This document shows, one piece after another, positions 56,742 to 64,000 of a stretch of 64,000 nucleotides of DNA. The position numbers and the translations under genes are program-made. Numbering within the stretch: the stretch's first letter is position 1; each line of letters starts with the position of its first letter. This DNA is from Octopus vulgaris. Its lineage: Eukaryota. The stretch covers positions 43,896,001 through 43,960,000 of the forward strand of contig OX597837.1 of assembly GCA_951406725.2 (NCBI GenBank). The letters are read 5' to 3'. The notes under the pieces were generated by a model that was not told the DNA's origin, made no database searches, and saw only the letters and a program-made list of their open reading frames with translations.

Positions 56742-58317
56742 TACTTATTTTCTTTTTTTAAGCCTGATACATCGGTCGTTTTTGCAGAAGCGTTACGTTA
56801 TGGTGGACGTAAACATAACTATACCGGTTGTGGAGGACATGGGGACAGACAGACTTACACACACATAAGGATGAATATATTCATGTTCTCCTCTCTTAAG
56901 AGTAAACTCTGGCCAGCCACTTGCTTGGTAGCAGAGTTGTGACGGAAAGTATCTTGTTCTGTTCATCGCCCTTTATATCAAGAAGGTCTTGAAAATCTTT
57001 ATGCTTCGAAATATCGTTCTGTCGATGTATCTATGTGCGAGGACAAGTGGCTAAGTGATTAGGATAATCGGCTCACGAATATCCTAACCACTTTATTTCA
57101 CGTTGCTCCAGTCCACTCAGCAAGCAAACATGAGTTGTACCTGTTATTCAAAGGACCAGCTTTATCGCACTCTGTGCCGCGCTGAATCTCCCCGAGAACT
57201 ACGTTAGGGGTACACGTGTCTGCAGAGTGCTTAACCACTTGCTGCACGTTAATTTCACGAGCAGAATATTCCATTCATCTGGTCAACTGAAACCCTTGTC
57301 GCCGCAATCGACGAAATGCTTGTTTTAGGGAGTTGTGTATTCCATATGTATAGGAGCACTCCGTCGGTTACGACGGCGAGGGTCCCAGATCCGATCAACG
57401 GAACAGCTTGCTCGTGAAATTAACGTGCAAGTGGCTGATCACTCCACTGACACGCGTACCCTTAACGTAGTTTCTCAGGGAGATTCAGCGTGACACAGAA
57501 TGTGACAAGGCTGGCCCTTTGAAATACAGGTACTACTTATTTTTGCCAGCTGAGTGGACTGGAGCAACATGAAATAAAGTGTCTCGCTCAAGGACACAAT
57601 GCGTCGCCGGGAATTGAACTCACGACCTTACAATCATGAGTCGAAAGCCCTAACCACTGATCCACGCGCCTTCACCGTATATGTGTATATGATTATATAC
57701 AAGTGTTCGCTCAGAAACCCTCAAATGGAGAGTCCTTGGAACATTTTACAAATGTCCACCGTTCTTCAAATCTATTGAATTTAGAGAATGAGAATCAGTA
57801 ATTTCTATTCTGCTTTTTATTTTTTGTTTTGTTTTGCTTTTTTGGGGGGGAGGGTACTTTTTATTTCTTCGTTTCAGTCTTTAGACTGCGACCATGCTGG
57901 AGCTCCGCCCTGAAGGAGTTTAGTCGAACTAATCGAGCCCAGTATTTATTTTTCTAGCCTGGTACTTATTCTATTGGTCTCTTGTGCTAAACTGCTTAGT
58001 TACGGGAATGTCAACACACCAACACCGGTTATCAAGTGGTGGTGGGGTATAAACACAGACACAAACACACACAAATACATACATATATATATATATATGT
58101 GTGTGTGTGTATGTATATATATATATATATTATATAAGTAAAAGGGCAGGCAGCAGGTTGCTCTGCCACATACCGAAAGAATTAGAAATAGCAGTCAGAG
58201 ACTGTTTATTTCCGTTTTCTACGACGGGCTTCTTTCAGTTTCCGTCTACCAAATCCACAATTTTTTTGTTGGCCCGAAGCTATAGTAGAAACACTTGCCC
58301 AAGGTACCATGTAGTGG

Positions 58318-58369
<52 letters not shown>

Positions 58370-59672
58370 AGACAAGCTTCTTGGAGATTCTCTCTGCCAA
58401 ATCCACTCCCAAGGTTTTGCTTGGTCTAAGGCTATAGTAGAAGACACTTGTCCGAAATGTCATACTGTGAGACTGATCCCAGAACCTTATGGTTGAGAAA
58501 CAAACTCCTTACCACACAGCCACGCATGCTTCTTTTTTTTTTTTTTTGTACAGAATTTTATGCAAATTACCAGTGGTTGCCTAACCCAGTGCACTAATAA
58601 TAACAGATACAAACGAAAATCTGTTGGCTGGATAGAAGAACTGTAAGTTTCTCATTAGTTCTCCAAAACTGTTCTACTCCCAGTTTTCGACGAGTCATTC
58701 ACATGTGCCGGGCAGCGACACATCTTTACAATAATGCATCGATATCTTTGTCCAATGCACCAATATTTTTCCTGCTGTACTTCCGCTGTTTCTATTGGAA
58801 ATTTCCACCAATATTCTTTATTTTTAAAGATGTGGATGGTTATCACTGCTTCATGCTTGCTTTCTTTATGCTCTTGCTTGATGGAGCTGGGGTCATTCCA
58901 AGTTAGTGGTATCCCAGAGACGTCGTCTCTGGTATCCCAAAACCGACCAAGTTCACCACTGCTCTCCATCGCTGGCGGACCCGTGCCGGCCCCACCCCAT
59001 CCGCATCCCCAAAGGTGACGTCGAACCTCTGGAAACCTTCCCCAATTACATCCCACTACTTGGTGCAGGACCTACCACGTGGCTTCTTCCAGACCGTAGT
59101 TGCTGCATCGAAATAGACAGAAAGATGGAAACACATTACCAATCAGATTATATTTTAAACTTAAACACAAATCATCTGTACTTGGCAAATGTTCTCAATG
59201 TTATCTGACATATAATTGGTAAAACCCTAGTACAATTATTCTTAATCGTTTTTTTTTTTATCTTTGGGCCCCTTTGATTGTTATCCTATTCTTGTGGATC
59301 CCGCCTCCCGCCAACACTTCTTTCAAAATTTTTATTTTGTTTTTTCACACATTCACTTGTGTCGATTGAACGATGTAAGACGTCTGAGAAAGAATCATTC
59401 TTTTTTCATGGACCCTTATGATACAACGATGGATTCCCAGTTTACTATTTTGTTGGTGTGGACCCCTAAAAGTCTTACATGGACCCCCAAGGGTTATACA
59501 GACCCCGGCTGAAAACCACTGCTTTAGTGTATGATCCCGAAGAGAGATAATTCAAATTATATGAATATCATCTTTTAGTAGACGGACAAACTGAGAAAGT
59601 CAGAGAAATCGAGAAAGAAATGGAGACATGGTGTGAATTATATTATATTTTAAACTTAAACACAAATCATTT

Positions 59673-59979
59673 TTATTTCAGTTCGAGATCGATAACAAGT
59701 ACAACAGGATCTTGATTATAAATTTGTGTCTTGTTGGTATTGACCTCGGCATTCCACTGGTGGCTTTGAAAATTGTCATTGACTTCAAAATCTGTTACTC
59801 TCAGCCGTTCTTGTGTGCTTGGCAAAGGATATGTTTTCAGCATGAACGGACAGGAGAAACTGTACTGGTCTTTTTCAGTCGGACAGTATGTCTTCAATGA
59901 TATTTTCTGATACTTGTTCAAGTTGCCGTTGTATTCCAGTCTGATGGCTGGTTCAGCGGCGGAGTCCACTGCCGATAAA
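59673..59979 (-). CDS. AChBP-like / Cys-loop receptor extracellular-domain protein, last coding exon
   Basis: Acceptor TATACATCAG, phase 2 matching the upstream exon. IRLEYNGNL..SLKTYCPTEKDQYSFSCPFMLKTY..HQW..VLVIDLELK-stop. Confidence 0.8.
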
Positions 59980-60222
59980 CTGATGTATAAAATAGAAAAA
60001 AAAAAGGAAGAGAAAAAATATATAAATCGAAACAATTGCTTTTATATTAGACATTTACAGGAAATAGCAAAACATGCTTTTTATCATGCATTAATAAAAA
60101 AAAAAAAAGGATAAAAGATTGTATTTCTTCTGCATTGAATTGCACAAGCAATTCCTCGTCGTCCCCGCCGTTAGAAATACAGTAAACCAACAAACAATTG
60201 AAAGTCTGTTCGACAGTTACCA

Positions 60223-60755
60223 TCTATATTAATAAAAGCGATATTCTGTCTGTCCGGGTGCGATAACTGTATCTCAGCCTACATTTGCTCTACATAGACA
60301 TATCAGATCTTTTTGGAATCAGGGTGATCCCGGCATTGAAAATCTGTCCTTCATTTGGTTCCTGAACATCCAGCCTTAGGATCTGATTAAAAAGCATTTG
60401 GATCGCTATTTCTAGCAGTTAAAGCTTGGATGATTCACGCCATCTTGGTGGCGTTTGTCAGATGACGCCAGAGATCAAGGGGAGATAAATGACATTCGCT
60501 TCGTCTAGGTAAGCACTTTAAGACAGAAAGGTCAACAGTTGAGATTCAACTTGGGACTGGAACAACAGAATGATTCCATTGCAGAATTAATTTTCATCCG
60601 TCCTTAACCTCAGATCATCACCGGGACATAGAGTCATCATAGACGTATCATAGTCATGCTGTTTAGCTCTCGTTTGTCTTGGGCTGTCGCAGACCCAAGT
60701 AGCCCTCCGCAGGAGCTAGCTTAATAGTTCGCACGGAGTGCGGCTTTTAAGCTAG
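60223..60755 (+). mobile_element. Non-autonomous Helitron in the intron of the AChBP-like gene
   Basis: A|TCTATATTAATAAAA 5' end, hairpin CGCAC-GGA-GTGCG (60730-60742), CTAG|T 3' end, no TSD. Confidence 0.8.
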
Positions 60756-60816
60756 TATGAAAATAAAAATAACCAAGCTAAAATGAAAGTAAAAATAACC
60801 ATTTTTTCAAACTTAC

Positions 60817-60917
60817 GCATTTACGAAGTAGACACTTGGTTCCCATACTGATATATTATTGAGGCGAAAGCTTCGCTGTTTGGTGGGATACCAAGCGAGA
60901 CGTCGATCCGACCAGCT
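60817..60917 (-). CDS. AChBP-like protein, middle exon (absent from the ORF track)
   Basis: TTTACAG|AGC... SWSDRRLAWYPTKQRSFRLNNISVWEPSVYFVN-GC|GTAAGT. Contains the W-x-D-x-x-L-x-W and W-x-P signatures of pLGIC extracellular domains. Confidence 0.88.
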
Positions 60918-61526
60918 CTGTAAATGATATACAAAATATTTTATTAATGTTACCGTATCATCGTATTATACAACCTCGTAGGGCTTTATAGCAGTAAATA
61001 TTATCATACTTTAAAAACGTATCATGTATCTTACAACTTCATATGTGAAAGGGTGTACCGTAGTGGTTAGGGTGTTGTACTGACGATCGCAAAATCGTGG
61101 TTTCGGTTCCAGGAGCGGGTGGTGCGTTGTTCCTGAGCAAAACACATCTTCTCATGTGGCTCTAGTTCAGTCAAGTGTAAACAGCTATCCTATATTTTCA
61201 GCTGATATCCATGCGACGTTTGGCGTTTATTTTCAGAGTAATCAGTTAGCCAACGATACGCGTAATTGCTTCCAAATTAATTTGCCAAAAACCTTTTGAT
61301 CCCCATCACATTAATACATACATAAATATATATATAGTTGAAATTTATAGAAAAACAAAAAACGAAGACAGGTGTTTGAACAACAAACAGGTGTATTAGT
61401 TTGACGCTAGGGAAACTGACAAACTTTTAAGTTTCCAGCCTACGCTCTTCAACAGAAAGGAATAAGAGTAAATAAACAGAGAATCTTTTAAAAATCATGT
61501 GGATTTAGCGGTCAAGCATGGCGACC

Positions 61527-61597
<71 letters not shown>

Positions 61598-62292
61598 CAA
61601 ATATATTATATATATATATAAAATATGTATATATATATATATATTATATATAAGATATATATATATATATTATATCTGCGTGCTTGAGTATCACCTTATA
61701 GCTTCATCGGAGCTTCAAACACGAAGCACTAACAATGAGCGCCTTGCATCTCATTGATGAAACAGATTACGTCCCCGTAACTTCACAGTTCAGCAAAAGA
61801 GACCGATAGAATAAGTGCCAGCAAACCTCTGTAGTTCTCACCATTAGATAGTTCATATCATAATTGTTTATTGCTTTAAAACTCCCCTAGATAAAATGCC
61901 ACTCTACTGACACATAGAGGAAACTTTGGGTCTATTCTTTTGACGTGCCCATCCACAGGCAACACATGAGCAACCTGAAATAAAGTGTTTTTGCTGAAGA
62001 ATAGTAAATGCTGTCCGGTGTGCAAATCGAACCTGCGATCTGGCGAATGTGAATGCAACATCCTAACCACTAGACCACGGTGCCTTCAGAACACAATTGA
62101 ATAATTTTAATGTTGGTTGTTTCTGATAGGGCGCTATGGCGGAGATGCCAAAGAACTCTACCCACAGAATGGTAGATAGAGAAAATGGTTGGCTGGGTGG
62201 ATTTTTTACCTCAGTAGAAAACAAAAACCAGAACAGAGTATCTTGTAATTAAATAACAGAGAAACAAAAGCGGAACCATCTTAGAGACTTAC

Positions 62293-62506
62293 CGTTTCCA
62301 ATGTTAACAAAGAATGTAAGGATTGTTCAGCCGGATCAAAGGAATAAACGTGATCCACGGTTACTTTCAATGATACCATGACCGGTTGCAAGTAGTGCAT
62401 TTGCGGGGCAACATTTTTGTCGTAATCTCGAAATAAGGCTCCCAGGGTTTGGGTAATCTCCTCGTAGGCTCGGTTTTGACGACCATCGGAGAGGTTTGCT
62501 GTCAAC
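62293..62506 (-). CDS. AChBP-like protein, first visible exon (alpha1-beta2)
   Basis: TGATCGCAG acceptor; LFRDYDKNVAP..PVMVSL..FDPAEQSL..LTLET|GTAAGT. The signal-peptide exon was not located. Confidence 0.85.
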
Positions 62507-64000
62507 CTGCGATCAAAGAGACAATGAACATTAGCTTAAAAGTTTGGCACAATGCCAGCAATTTCAGAGGAGGAATTAAATCGATAACATCGATCCCAAC
62601 GCTCAACTGCTACTTATTTTAGTGACTCTGAAAGGAACGAAAGACAAAGATGACCTCCGCGGAATTTGAACTCACAATGTAAAGACGGACAAAATGCCGT
62701 CGAGTATTTTGCCCGGCGTGCAAACGATTCTGTATGCTCGCCGCCTTAAAGAGACAATTAATACTGATTTCAAATTTTGGCACAAGGCCAGCAATTTCGG
62801 TGGATAGGATAAGTCGATTACATCGACCTTAGTGTTCAACTGGTACTTATTTTATCGACCCCGAGAGGGGATGAAAGGCAAAGTTAACCACGGCAGCATT
62901 TGATAACGGAATGAGAATAATCTAGCCGCGTGGATTTAATAGAAAGTTTGGTTTAAAATTTAGAAAATGTTATCGCATACAGCAGACACCTGAAGAAGGC
63001 CGGGGGATGCAACGGGCGAATAGTTATGATTATGACAACCACAACGAGGACTTTGGAAACATTGTCAGACTTAACAATCAGCTTTATCTTTCTTGCTACT
63101 CCGTGTTATCTTCAGAGTATCATGAAGCAAACTTAAGATTTTTTGGTGTTTTTAATAATAAATATTTTTAGACACCCAGTGAACATTATCACGTATAAGC
63201 TAATGAAGGAGAATCTATGTGGTTGCTTGACCTGCAAGAAGTAGCAGTCAAACTGCATCTTACTATACACTACTGTCTTTGAAAAAGTGGATAGCTGGCA
63301 CTCCGTCGATTACGACGATGAGTTTTCCAGTTAGTTCTACCAACAGGACGGCCTGTTCGTAAAATTAACGTCTAAGTGGCTGAGCACTCCACAGACACAC
63401 GTACACTTAACGTAGCTCTCGGGGAGATTCAGTGTAACACAGAATGTGACAAAACTGGCCCTTTGAGGTACAGGTACAACTCCTTTTCACCTGCTCAGTG
63501 GACTGGAACAACGAGTAATAAAGTGTCTTGCTGAAGAATACAAAGGGCCGCCGAGAATCGAACTCACTATCGTTATTTTCGCAAGCCGAATACCCTTAAG
63601 CACTAAGCCACGCAACTCCACAAGTCATTGGATAAAATAATCAGAGACTAAATGATAAGATGGCCACGGTGAATTTATTTCAACTACCCTGCCTTCGCAT
63701 AAGCTTTATTCCGACTCTCTACGTTCTGAGTTCAAATTCCGCCGAGGTCGACTTTGCATTTCATCCTTACAGGGTCGATAAATTAAGTACCAGTTGCGTA
63801 CTGGGGTCGATCTAACCGTCTAGCCCCCTCTCCCAAAATTTCGGGCCTTGTGCCTAGAGTAGAAAAGAATAAACTGGTCTTATTAATTCACAACTAACTC
63901 GTTCTTTTTTCTTCTTCTCAGTTTTGGCAGAGGCCTGTCTGTGTGTTCCAGTAGTTGGCTTTGCAACCATGAGCGAAACCTTGAGCAAGTATCTTCTACT

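Noticed and set aside
58655-59056. 133-aa minus-strand ORF as the missing transmembrane exon of the Cys-loop gene
   Set aside because: No hydrophobic helices or M1-M4 motifs, and it is not reachable in frame from the nearby acceptor without a stop.
59230-59521. hAT-like MITE ending in GCTGAAAACCACTG
   Set aside because: Only one terminus is recognisable and no 8-bp TSD could be confirmed.

Overview
AT-rich, microsatellite-saturated animal genomic DNA, most likely an octopod cephalopod (inferred from the SINE and simple-repeat landscape, not proven). Most ORFs in the supplied track are translations of simple repeats. Supported content: (1) a 7.2-kb, apparently very young Penelope-like retroelement (Naiad-type RT plus GIY-YIG endonuclease) at 4322-11565, inserted in (TA)n, with near-identical 1.64-kb direct repeats that each carry a hammerhead ribozyme, and with its ORF broken by a +1 shift at CCC-TAA; (2) a two-coding-exon NDUFS5-like gene (+, 48653-53166); (3) a minus-strand gene (59673-62506, first exon not found) encoding only a Cys-loop-receptor extracellular domain, i.e. 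an AChBP-like soluble protein lacking most canonical acetylcholine-binding residues; (4) about ten further hammerhead or hammerhead-like motifs from several unrelated families, usually beside (TA)n tracts and often in fold-back structures; (5) tRNA-derived SINEs (some in ~184-bp tandem arrays), two non-autonomous Helitrons, two MITEs, LINE fossils and a 100-N gap. All calls were made by eye, with no database search or folding software.
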